Origin: Octopus sinensis
Taxonomy: Eukaryota
Direction of reading: 5' to 3'
Length of the DNA stretch: 64,000 nt
Assembly (NCBI RefSeq): GCF_006345805.1
Contig: NC_043026.1
Location: forward strand, 12,875,579 to 12,939,578
Under the pieces are notes generated by a model that saw nothing but the letters and a program-made list of their open reading frames with translations, was not told the origin of the DNA and searched no databases. A program made the translations under genes and the position numbers. Each line of letters begins with the position of its first letter. Position 1 is the stretch's first letter. This document shows, in pieces, positions 38,135 to 50,176 of this stretch.

Positions 38135-38679
38135 CACAAAAAAAACCATAGGCGCAGGAGTGGCTGTGTGGTAAGTAGCTTGCTAACCAACCACATGGTT
38201 CGGGGTTCAGTCCCACTGCGTGGCATCTTGGGCAAGTGTCTTCTGCTATAGCCCCGGGCCGACCAATGCCTTGTGAGTGGATTTGGTAGACGGAAACTGA
38301 AAGATGCCTGCCGTATATATGTATATATATGTGTGTGTGTGTTTGTCCCCCTAGCATTGCTTGACAACCGATGCTGGTGTGTTTACGTCCCCGTCACTTA
38401 GCGGTTCGGCAAAAGAGACCGATAGAATAAGTACTGGGCTTACAAAGAATAAGTCCCGGGGTCGAGTTGCTCGACTAAAGGCGGTGCTCCAGCATGGCCG
38501 CAGTCAAATGACTGAAACAAGTAAAAGAGAAAGAGAGAGTATGAAAATTTAAAGACCATTTTCTATACCAAAGTATAGTTATGTTGAAGTTGATCTGATA
38601 GGTTTTTAATCCACAAAATCCTGGGTCGCTATTTTTCACCAGGGTTTTTGTAGTTTCTCTACATTATATGTGTGTGTAT

Positions 38680-38975
38680 ATCACGTGATCACCATGACCG
38701 ACCAGACCATCAGATGTTGTTACACATCGCTGGTCACAATGCGTTCACATTGTTTTAGACTTCGAATGATGCCACCCTGCTGGCTAAGTGAGCAGGCCAA
38801 CAGAAGAAAGAGTGGGAGAGAAAATTGTGGCGAAAGAGTACAGCAGGGATCGCCACCACCCCCCTGCCGGAGCCTCGTTGAGCTTTTTAGGTGTTTTTGC
38901 TCAATAAACACTCACAACGCCCGATCTGGGAATCGAACCCGCGATCCTACAACCACTGGGCCATTGTACCTCCAC
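38680..38975 (-). mobile_element. tRNA-derived SINE family C (other copies 50200-50512, 40620-41005, 54985-55243)
   Basis: Minus-strand head gtggagg..caatggcccagtggtt...ggttcgattcccaga with A and B boxes. Confidence 0.78.
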
Positions 38976-38998
38976 ATGTATATATATATATATATGTG

Positions 38999-39051
<53 letters not shown>

Positions 39052-39254
39052 ATATGTATATATATATGTGTGTACATGTATATATATATGTGTGTATATG
39101 TATATATGTATATGTATATATGTATGTATATATGTATGTATATATATATATATATGTGTATATATATGTATGTGTATATGTATATATATATATGTATATA
39201 TGTGTGTATATATATATATGTATATATATATGTGTATATATATATATGTATATA

Positions 39255-39313
<59 letters not shown>

Positions 39314-39330
39314 ATATATAAATATGTATA
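38976..39330. repeat. Compound (TA/TG)n microsatellite (others at 40210-40350 and 50090-50200)
   Basis: Directly visible. Confidence 0.95.
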
Positions 39331-39900
39331 AAGAGAGAGAGCAATTGCAGCTTCGAAGATATTTTGTTAGCCTTTCAAAGAAAACAAGAAACCTGTCAGA
39401 TTCACTTCAACATTTAATTTTCAAAAACAATTGCAGAGCAGAAGATGTTAGTAAGCCATTTAAGAACATACAAAAAGCCATTAGATTCACTTCAACATTT
39501 AAATTTAATTTGTCTTAAAATATTTTCATCACTCTCAAACCGCGACATGTTCACTGACACAATTTCCTGAACTCATGGCAGTAACTCTACCCCTTGTTGT
39601 CCTTTGTTTTGGGTGTTGTTTTATAACCAGATGCCCTTCCTGATGCCAACTCTGCTTGTACCTACTTACCTCTCGGATACACATTTTACCTGGACACATG
39701 CTGTTTATGAAAATTTATTCTATGTAAAAATATCTTGTACACCCATAAATTCATTCCCGGTGGGAAAGAAGATACGATCAGTGTGATAACAAGCTGCTGT
39801 CACGATATTTTTATATCACCAGTTATATCAACATTGGTGAGATAACATATTGTAATATTTTGAATAAAACTCAGTCTCATAAATATTCAGTATAACATGT

Positions 39901-40430
39901 GGATCTTTTCCTTTTGGTAGACAGATTTCAACACAATTTCTAGTTAACTAAACAATTTGAAACTTCATATACTGGTAGAATCGTCAATATTTTTATTGGG
40001 CGACGAAATTCATCGATTTAAGAGATATGGCTGTTATTTCTAGCACATGCCAACACAACCCTCCTCGTTTGTTTATCAATATCGATAACGCAGCAAATAA
40101 TTTCAGCTCAAAAGAGAGCATAGGATTGGTTAAAATTCGAAAAATTAATCTACGTTAAACAAACGAATTACAAATTTATCAAAAAAGCCAAGTGAAAATA
40201 ATGTTTTCTTATACACACACATATATATATATATATACATACACACATATATATATACACACATATATATATATATAACACATATATATATATACATATA
40301 TATATATATTCATATACATATATATATATACATATACATATATATATATACGAAGTTTATATACGAGGTTTTAAAGTGTTTAGTTAACTAGAAATTGTGT
40401 TGAATTCTGTCTATCAAAAGGAAAAGATCC
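39901..40430. mobile_element. MITE with long TIRs and 8-bp TSD (Merlin-like)
   Basis: ggatcttttccttttggtagacaga / tctgtctatcaaaaggaaaagatcc. TSD taacatgt / taacatat. Confidence 0.82.
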
Positions 40431-43400
40431 TAACATATTTCTCAAAAGCGGGAAAGATATTGTTGATATATTTTGTATATATCCAAAGGCAGCAAGATGG
40501 CAGAAATGACCTCGGCAGAATTTGAACTCAGAACGTAACGGCAGACGAAATACGGTTATGCATTTCGCCCGGTGTGCTAACGTTTCTGCCAGCTCGCCAC
40601 CTTTTTAATTTTTTTTTTGGAAGCACTCCGTCGGTTACGACGACGAGGGTTCCGGTTGATCCGAATCAACGGAATAGCATGCTCGTGAAATTAACGTGTA
40701 AGTGGCTGAGCACTCCACAGACACGTGCACCCTTAACGTAGTTCTCGGGGATATTCAGCGTGACACAGAGAGTGACAAGGCCGGCCCTTTGAAATACAGG
40801 TACAACAGAAACAGGAAGTAAGAGTGAGAGAGAAAGTTGTGGTGAAAGAGTACTGCAGGGATCACCACCATCCCCTGCCGGAGCCTCGTGGAGCTTTTAG
40901 ATGTTTTCGCTCAATAAACACTCACAACGCCCGGTCTGGGAATCGAAACCGCGATCCTACGACCGCGAGTCTGCTGCCCTAACCACTGGCCCATTGTGCT
41001 TCCGCACCTTTTTTATTACCTGCATACTGAGTAAAATCTCCCAGACGATACTGATGGCCTATCTTCATTTATTACAAACTAACACCTTATTCTTGGCTTC
41101 ATTCATTTTGAGGCCTTTCAGTTCTAGATTTTTCTTCTGCTACATATGGGGGCGACCCCTGTTGTACTCTTTCGCTCCAACTTTCTTCCTGTTTCTTGTC
41201 CCCGACTTCCTAAGCAACTGCTGAGCCTGGATACGCATTCATCCATCTGTCGATGCTCTCGGTGTCGGGGGTTGACCTGCTTTCTCTTCTGCGGGTCCTA
41301 CGAATAGCAAAGGACCATGTTTCAGACATCTCCCACCAAGGGACGAAGACTGCTTCGCTCAACAAACAATGCTCACCTTCCCTAAACAACCTCTGTTAGG
41401 GTTGTGCATTCTTCCTAAGGTAACATTTCTAAGTACCTGATTATTAGTGTATATCAGTTTCTATGGTTAAGTCAATCTGGAATTCTTCTATGATGGCCTG
41501 CAAGACTGATAAATGGGAGGGAACTGAGAACTGAGCCTTCTTGGAATCCTACATTTATACTAAATTCTATCATGTTTGTTGGTCAGAATGAAATTTATCT
41601 GATGTTTGTGTTCACCAGATTGGTAGAAATCATGTGGCTGGCTGGTATTTTTTAACCCTTTAGATACCAACCCGCATGAAACTGCTCTTGTTCCTATGAT
41701 ACAAACTTCCAATTTTAAAGTAATCTAAATTAAAAATGTCCAGATGCAGTTGGTTTGGCTGCCAAGATTTCAAAAATTGAAGTTTACTAAGAATTTAAAA
41801 ATGTTGCACAATCCATGCTAGCGGGGTGCAAAGAGCACCATACGAGTGTGATTGCTGACAGAGCGGCTAACCGGCTTCTGTGCCAGTGGCACTTAAAAGG
41901 GCACCCTTCGAATGTGATTGTTACCAGTGTCGCCTTACTGGCACTTGTGCCCATGCTAGTAGAGCGCCAAGAGCACCATCCGAGCGTGATCGTTGCCATC
42001 TGGCTTCTGTGCCGGTGCCATGTAAAAGGGCACCATTTGAGTGTGATCGTTAGCAACGTCACCTTACTGGCACCTGTGCCGGTGGCACGTGTAAAAAGAT
42101 TCAAGCGAGGTCATTGCCAGTACCGCCTGACTGGCGCACGTAAAAAGCACCCACTACACTCTCTGAGTGGTTGGCATTAGGAAGGGCATCCAGCTGTAGA
42201 AACTCTGCCAGATCAAGATTGGGGCCTGGTGCAGCCATCTGGTTCGTTAGCCCTCAGTCAAGCGGGCGTTAAACGATGATGATGATGATTCTGAATATAC
42301 TTTTCCAAGCTGAATTACTGAAGTTATTTCACTTTTTCCAGAAAAATGTTTTCAAAAAGTTATAGAGGTTTAAAGTTTGATCATTTTCACCCAGTCGGGA
42401 AATAGGACAAGAAACTGTCATTTTGTGTGTGTCTGCACATTTTGTCAGCATCCTAAAAATAGCATGTGTTGTTGATATTTGTAAGCAATATGCAATCTGT
42501 AGTTTGAATCCTTCAATATGCATTTAATGAAATAGCATGAACTTAAAAAGATTTATTCAAAAAACTTTATTTGGCTGTTATTTTTAGCACACCTTACAAC
42601 CACCTCAATGATGAAAAGTAAACAAGTAGTTTTAAATATTCAATATGCGCAGGAGTGGCTGTGCGGTAAGTAGCTTGCTTACCAACCACATGGTTCCGGG
42701 TTCAGTCCCACTGTGTGGCCACCTTGGGCAAGTGTGTTCTACTATAGCCCCGGGCCGACCAAAGCTTTGTGAGTGGATTTGGTAGACGGAAACTGAAAGA
42801 AGCCCGTCGTATATATGTGTGTTTGTGTGTGTCTGTGTTTGTACCCCCAACATCGCTTGACAACCGATAGTGGTGTGTTTATGTCCCCGTAACTTAGCGG
42901 TTCGGCAAAAGAAGCCGATAGATTAAGTACTAGGCTTACAAAGAATAAGTCCTGGGGTCGATTTGTTCGACTAAAGGCGGTGCTCCAGCATGGCCACAGT
43001 CACATGATCGAAACAAGTAAAGAGAGTATGCATTTAATGCAAATGCAATGAACAATACGTTACATGTGATGAAGACATTAGAATTGGAAATCCAGAAAGA
43101 TAATCCATGAATTGACAGAACGAAATCTTCTGATAATGTTAGTTGTTGTTTGTTGTAGAGAAATTTGACAACGAAACAGTTACACTTGTATATGGATAGA
43201 TACATGTCTACTGAAATGGGAGTTTTGGGGAGAATGGTTTATTCCTGTACGAAATAGCAGATGTGGTACCTGTGCCGGTGGCACGTAAGAGAACCATCCG
43301 AACGTGGCCGTTGCCAGCACCGCCCCGACTGGCCTCGTGCCAGTGGCACGTAAAAAGCACCATCCGTTCGTGGCTGTTGCCAGCCTCGCCTGGCCCCCAT

Positions 43401-43783
43401 GCTGGTGGTACGTAAAAAGCACCATCCAATCGTGGCCGTTTGCCAGCCTCGCCTGGCCCCCATGCCGGTGGCACGTAAAAAGCACCATCCAATCGTGGCC
43501 GTTTGCCAGCCTCATCTGGCACATAAAAAGCACCCACTACACTCACGGAGTGGTTGGCGTTAGGAAGGGCATCCAGCCGTAGAAACATTGCCAGATCAGA
43601 CTGGGCCTGGTGCAGCCCTCTGGCTTCCCAGACCCCAGTTGCACCGTCCAACCCATGCTAGCATGGAAAGCGGACGATAAACGATGATGATGATGATTAT
43701 GATGATGAATATAATTGTCAAGTTAATTCAGAACCATGAGAGAATGCTTTGCTATAGACATCACAGAGATATGGTTTCTCTCC

Positions 43784-44554
43784 TTAATAAATATGTTTGT
43801 GAATTGTTAAGTGACCCATTTGAGAAATTGATTTATCACAGATATCAAAGTCAAAAGGCTTCTCTCCTGTATGGGTACGCTTGTGTCTAGTGAGGTTGCT
43901 ACTGTCCGAGAATGCGTTACCACAGATATCACATTGAAATGGTTTCTCTCCTGTATGAACACGTTTGTGAATTGTCAAGTGATATGCTTGAGAGAATGAT
44001 TTGTCACAGTTATCACAATGATATGGCTTCTCACCTGTGTGAATACGTTTGTGAGTAGTTAAGGCACTACTAACAGAGAATGATTTACCACAGATATCAC
44101 ACTGAAATGGTTTCTGACCTGTGTGGATAAGTTTGTGTCTAGTTAAGTTGGCACTTTCTGAGAAAGACTGACCACAGATGTCACAATCGTATGGTTTTTC
44201 TCCTGTATGGATACGTCTGTGTCTAGTTAAGTGGCCATTTTCTGAGAACGATTGACCACAAATGTCACAGTGATATGGTCTCTCTCCTGTATGGATACGT
44301 ACGTGTCTAGTTAATTTGCTTCCCTCCGAGAATGAGTCACCGCAAATATCACAGTGATATGGATTCTCTCTGGTATGGATACGTTTGTGTCTCTTTAAGG
44401 TGGCATTTATCAAATATGATTTACCACAGATATCACAATGGTATTGTTTTCCTCCTGAAGGATTATGTTTCTGCTCTTTTAAATTATCATTTTCACAGAA
44501 TGGTTTATCACTGATATCACGGTGGTCTGATGATTCTTGTGTATCTTTTGACAT
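43784..44554 (-). CDS. C2H2 zinc-finger protein D (7 intact fingers, eroded C-terminus)
   Basis: ATG at 44554 (MSKDTQESS), acceptor at 44962-44963, exon 1 donor at 46216-46217. Confidence 0.85.
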   Translation of the reverse strand: MSKDTQESSDHRDISDKPFCENDNLKEQKHNPSGGKQYHCDICGKSYLINATLKRHKRIHTRENPYHCDICGDSFSEGSKLTRHVRIHTGERPYHCDICGQSFSENGHLTRHRRIHTGEKPYDCDICGQSFSESANLTRHKLIHTGQKPFQCDICGKSFSVSSALTTHKRIHTGEKPYHCDNCDKSFSQAYHLTIHKRVHTGEKPFQCDICGNAFSDSSNLTRHKRTHTGEKPFDFDICDKSISQMGHLTIHKHIY

Positions 44555-45338
44555 TTCTCCAAGGAATAGAAACAAAACCAAATCCTTTAGCTGTTTCACC
44601 CTGTTACATTAATCTCTTGAAATTATTCTTTGTTCATCACAATATTTCAATAGTTTTCCTGTGTCTGTTTTTACACAAATACCTCTGTGGTTATCAACTG
44701 TGATCTTTATCAATATCTAAAGATGCTGCAAACTCCTTTGCAAATATATTCAAGTTTAATTAGAATGCAAAAGCAACAGGTAAGGAGATGGAGAAATGTT
44801 GCTCAGAGCAAATATTTCACAGTAATTCAATCCTGGATTTATAGCAGTTGGGTTATTATATCTGTTCCCTAAGACATTTTCCTTTAGTCTTTAAGACATG
44901 ATAGATATTCCAGATGTATCCAATGTACAAAAGATATTTGGTGCCAATGTCATCTGTGAATCTGAAATAATAAAGAAACGGTATTTAGATAGAGAGCAGA
45001 GATGAAAATGGAAGTGTTGCAACATTTCTATATTTCTTTGGAGCACCAACTAACATTGGTAACTAAAACAGGTGTAAGCAATGTTAAAGTTTTGTATGAA
45101 GAAAAATAATTAACCAATGTCGGCCAATTTTGTTTGTTTGTTGATCAAATGTTTTCCCCATTTTCTGCTTATTTTAAACTTTCATATATATTATGTGTAT
45201 ATATATAATGTGTATACACACATTTCATGGACTGTGATTTCAGAAAAAACATTTTTAGGATAAAATACAAGAGCACATAATAACAAAATATAGTTGCAGA
45301 CATTTTGATTGATTTCATGGCTTTCTGATTGATTTTTT

Positions 45339-45465
45339 GGTACTGCTTAAATACAGAAGTCCCGACGCTTCTACGTAACCCTAACCTTAAAATTAACCCT
45401 AACGAGTGTGTACAGTAAAATATCATCACATCGATGCGTCGGGACCTCTGTATTTAAGTGGTACT
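45339..45465. mobile_element. Small GG-ended MITE with telomere-like core; adjacent MITE at 45492-45644
   Basis: TIRs gtactgcttaaatacagaagtcccgacgc / gcgtcgggacctctgtatttaagtggtac. Degenerate 8-bp TSDs gatttttt/gattctct and tcaatgtt/tctgtgtt. Confidence 0.7.
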
Positions 45466-45974
45466 GATTCTCTCCAAAGTCTTTCAATGTTGGCGATCCT
45501 TCGGTATAGGTACACACGTGATTTTGTTTACATTTCTGGAGATAAGAGAAACCCTTTTCTCCCACCCGTAACCCTAACCCCCTGCCCCATATAAAAAAAA
45601 ACACTTTTTTGAAATGTATCCGGTACTTATACCGAAGTTACGCCTCTGTGTTTTGTGCGTGTATTTTCTCTGGGTGCTATCTTCGAAATTGTAAGGGTGG
45701 GGCATTTTCGCATCGTTGTTTCAATCTCCTGTCCCCACCCTTTCGGAAAACAATTCTACCACAAATTTCTTTATAATCGTAATCTACGCTGTCCCTGAAA
45801 GTTATGAATGGAAAAAATCGGATCTTGTGAATTTCTGGAAAGTCCTCTCCCTACCCACACCGTTCTATTCCGCAAGTTTTTGTTTTCATACCAGTTTTCT
45901 ACACATCTTTTAACACCTTGTAGGTTGGGTTGCTTTTGTTTTGGCGATCGGGGCTTAAACTGTATATCGACTTA

Positions 45975-46575
45975 TTTTTCCCCAACACCTTTCTCATCCC
46001 TGTCTGCCTCCTCTCTAACGGTATCGATATTATTGAAAACAGTTTGTTTTACAAGTGTACAAGCGATTCACGTTCTCCTTATTATAATTTTCGAGCAATT
46101 CTTGAAGTTGGCAAACGTCTGAGTCAATTAATTACGGTTCAGTTTCTTGTCTTAGATATCACAGACTTCTGTTTGCAAGGGTGGATCAGATGTAACGAAG
46201 ATATAGTCTCTACTTACCAGTAGAATGTTTGATATAAAGTCCAAACAAAAAAGGAAGGAGGCCGAGGAAAGTTCATCGACTGATTTCTTGTTGATTAAAA
46301 GCCATTTCCCCTTTTTCTGCAAAATAGGGGAAAACCAATTAACGACGTAAAGATGTGATTAAATTAAATAATTAACCAGGAAAGTGACGGAACACCGACC
46401 CTCAAACATGCAGTTGGCCCAGTTTTGTACACAAACAGTGAAGTTCTTCTTCCACATAAGATATAACCAGGCGTAACTCAAGGAAACACAAAGATTAGAC
46501 GATTTCATTGATAATTTTCCAGAGTGTCAATGAGGCCGGTGACACATATTAAAAGTCCCCAACATAATATAATAT
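45975..46575 (-). promoter_or_regulatory. Promoter and non-coding exon 1 cassette type 3 (gene D); near-identical copies 55270-55870 (gene E) and 63280-63870 (paralogue J)
   Basis: Donor ctg|gtaagt (exon boundary 46218; 55500 in copy 2), YY1-like aaatggc about 80 nt upstream. One copy lies upstream of each of three paralogous coding exons. Confidence 0.65.
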
Positions 46576-46600
46576 CCGGACACATATTCAACTATATTAA

Positions 46601-47009
46601 CCCCTTCCCCAGCGGCTTTTTTTGGTGAAAACGTTTCAATTTCAGATGAATTTTTTGTTATCAGACAAGCTTGCTCTCTATGGCTAGGACATCATCTCTG
46701 TAAGAGGGTGAAGAGGACCGAAGGAAACCTCCTCCCTGAGGTGACCAGGACGTACGTCTGATAAGATCACAGATGGAAGATACAAGGAAAATACTTTGTA
46801 TCGAAGCTTCTACTAGAAGGTTCATACTCATTGTCATCTTCTGAGCTCAACATCTGGGTGTAATTTGCAAACAAAAAAAATGCCAAGAATTGACATATAA
46901 GCTCGATGTGGCTGTTTTTGAAATTATGTTTTGGACGAGTTTACTCGTCGTACTCTGAAAAAGACAAATTGGGTGAAGACAAGTTAACTCGTCTTTGCCG
47001 GGTAAGGGG
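46601..47009. mobile_element. piggyBac-like non-autonomous element
   Basis: TTAA flanks, TIRs ccccttccccagc / gccgggtaagggg. Confidence 0.7.
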
Positions 47010-47185
47010 TTAATGTACATTTTGAATTGTATCTCGCCCCTGGTAAATGCCAAAATCATAATCCAGCTAAAATGTTTTCGTATTTGTAATATTTCAACTG
47101 TGCAGATTTTAATCTCTGTTCTGTTTTTATTTTGTTCTAATTGGGATGCCATTTTTGTGTGGTACTTCTGCAAATGGTAGCTATA

Positions 47186-49520
47186 AGCAAAGTATTTTCC
47201 TTGTTTCTTCCACCTCTGATCTTATCAGACTGTACGTCCTGGTCACCTCAGGGAGGAGGTTTCCTTCGGTCCTCTTCACCCTCTTACAGAGATGATGTCC
47301 TAGCCATCTCTAGAGGGCCACGCATTAGATAAATTTAGAAAGACCTTAATTTTGCCCCTTAGGTTCAATGGGTCTCAAAATCCCCATTGAGACTAATCTC
47401 ACCACAGTAGATTTTTTTAGAGGTTCCTTCAGATCTGGGCTCTGGTACTTACAGACTATATCACAAGCCAAACGAGAGACCGTCTTATATTAACATAGTC
47501 TCCTGCCATCTCTCCAGAGTTCCAAGAATCCAGTGAAAGATGAAAGCAAGAGGATCTCAAATCTATCCTCGAGCCAAGATATCTTCGATGCTGCTACCCT
47601 ATACTACAATGAGGCACTGACACCAAGTGGGTTTAAGGACCACATCTTCTGCATGCCTGGCCCCAGCACCTGGAAAAGGAACTGCCACATGCGCTTGGCT
47701 TGCCCCATCCTTCTCACTTAACGTTAAGACTTGCGTGGGAAAGATTTTCCTTGGGTTAATAGACAAACATTTTACACACACACACAGGTACAGGCATTTG
47801 CTTAACAGGCACAATCAAAGTTATCCTTAAGTTGTGCACCCATGCTAACCAACCACAAGGTTCCGGGTTCAGTCCCACTGCGTGGCACCTTGGGCAAGTG
47901 TCTTCTACTATAGCCTCGGGCTGACCAAAGCCTTGTGAGTGGATTTGGTAGGCGGAAACTGAAAGAAGCCCGTCGTATATATGTATATATATGTATGTGC
48001 ATGTATGTTTGTGTGTCTGTGTTCGTCCCCCTAGCATTGCCTGACAACCGATGCTGGTGTGTTTATGTCCCCGTCACTAAGCGGTTCAGCAAAAGAGACC
48101 GATAGAATAAGTACTGGGCTTACAAAAGAATAAGTCCTGGGGTCGAGTTGTTCGATTAAAGGCGGTGCTCCAGCATGGCCACAGTCAAATGACTGAAACA
48201 AATAAAAGAGTAAAGAGTACCCAAAATACAAAGGAGGAAGCATGTTGCTCTTACAGGGTACATAATAGCTATCCTGTAGGAGGCCGATGCGAGGCTGTAG
48301 GGGTCATATATGAGGGAACGGTGACCCCGAGACCTAATATCTGTAATAACAGTAATGTAACATCAAACAGCAATGTTATTAGCAGATTAACCAGGTCTCA
48401 CGCCAATGCAGTTGCCACACCCAGAGATTATAACCGAGATGGGACCAGCATCACTTATGATCCTGATACCACCGCCCTGGATACTGAACAAACCATAGAT
48501 GCAGATAGAGTGACCAGCACAAATGTCGATCCTGGAAATAATGACCTATCCAGAACCAAAGACTTGGCATTAGGAAGGGCATCCAGCTGTAGAAACTCTG
48601 CCAGATCATGATTGGAGCCTGGTGCAACCATCTGGTTCGCCAGCCCTCAGTCAAAATCGTCCAACCCATGCTAGCCTGTAAAGCGGACATTAAACGAAGT
48701 GCTATTCCCAGTTCCACCGCCTCAAATGAGGACCGAACATTCATCTTCGACACTGATGGGTTGACATCCCCCGTGACATATTACCAAGGGTGCATATAGG
48801 GCCACATCCTATCATCATCATCATCATCGTCGTCGTTTAACGTCCGTTTTCCATGCTAGCATGGGTTGAACGGTTCCACCGAGGTCTGGGAAGACAGGGG
48901 CTGCACCAGGCTCCAGTCTGATCTGGCAGTCTTTCTACAGCTGGATGCCCTTCCTAACGCCAACCACTTCACGAGTGTAGTGGGTGCCTTTTACGTGCCA
49001 CGAGTCTGGTGGCGGCCATGATCGGTTGGTGCTTTTAACGTGACACCGGCACGGAAGCCAGCCAAGGCGGCGCTGGCAGCGGCCACGATCGGTTGGTGCT
49101 TTTTATGTGCCACTGGCACAGAAGCCAGTCAAGGCGGTGCTTGCATCGGCCACGTTCGGGCATCAGCCACGTTCGAGGCATCGGCCACAGTTCAGCAAGT
49201 ACTTTGTTCAAGAAACGTTTTCTTAACCACCAGTCATCTGTCAGAGTCCCAGAAAGAAGGGTTGTCATGTCCCTGGCCTGCCATGTGTGACACCTCAAAG
49301 ATCAAAGGACCTTGTGTGATGTCAAGTGGAAATTGATTTTCTGGGTCCTTATATTAATGAAAGTGGCCGTTGCAAGACAAGATCTGTATCACAGAGAGAG
49401 CCAAAATTCTTAAGGATTTTAAGAATCCTGGTGAAATTAAACAGTCGTAAAGAAGTATTTTCTAAATGTGTTCACTTCAAGTGCAACTTATTAGAAAATT
49501 GGATCTCCCTCTTTGATCAT
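47186..49520 (+). mobile_element. Degenerate Penelope-like retroelement (RT C-half plus GIY-YIG endonuclease), interrupted by three SINEs
   Basis: In order: YRDDVLAI, IETNLTTVDF, SKRISNLSS...YNEAL..SGF, WLAPSFSLNVKTCVGKIFLGLIDKHF, CCSY....PVGGRC..VIYEGTV, FKKRFLNH.SS, LNSRKEVFSKCVH. Confidence 0.8.
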
Positions 49521-49834
49521 TAGGCCTCTCTGAGTATATAAAGATTTTTCCCCCCTGTTTAAGAGAAAATAACCTGTACTCCTTAACGTTTTTTTTTCAT
49601 ATTCCCCGAGTTCTGTTTCCTCACATCTGCAGCATAGATATTTTAAAATTTTGAATTCATATTGTCTGACACAAGGATTTGTGAGTGTGAGACCTTGGGT
49701 AACTCCATATAAAATTTTGCTGTAGTATATATATATATATATATATACTAATTGCTAAAATTAATTTTATGTATTGGCTTATGTTTTTCACTGTTTGATT
49801 TGCCTAATAGTGGTTTTATCTCTAATTTAATATA

Positions 49835-49875
<41 letters not shown>

Positions 49876-50086
49876 AATTATAACAATGAGGGTCTTTGCA
49901 ACAAGTTGCTAGACCACATACCAAAAGTATTAGAAATAGCAGCCAGAGGACTGTTATTTCTTTTACTACTAAAATATGTCCCCGCAGACAACAGTATTTG
50001 TAACTCAATATATGGCAAAAAACGAAGAAAATAACGAAATCAAACAATTTGTTGATTTTATTAAATTAATTATATTTCACCCTTTA

Positions 50087-50176
<90 letters not shown>

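Noticed and set aside
38670-39518. Long YI/CV-rich ORFs
   Set aside because: Microsatellite translations.
45930-46223. ORF ending GWIRCNEDIVSTYQ, present three times
   Set aside because: Antisense to a duplicated intron/exon-1 cassette, with different non-ATG starts. Identity reflects DNA duplication.
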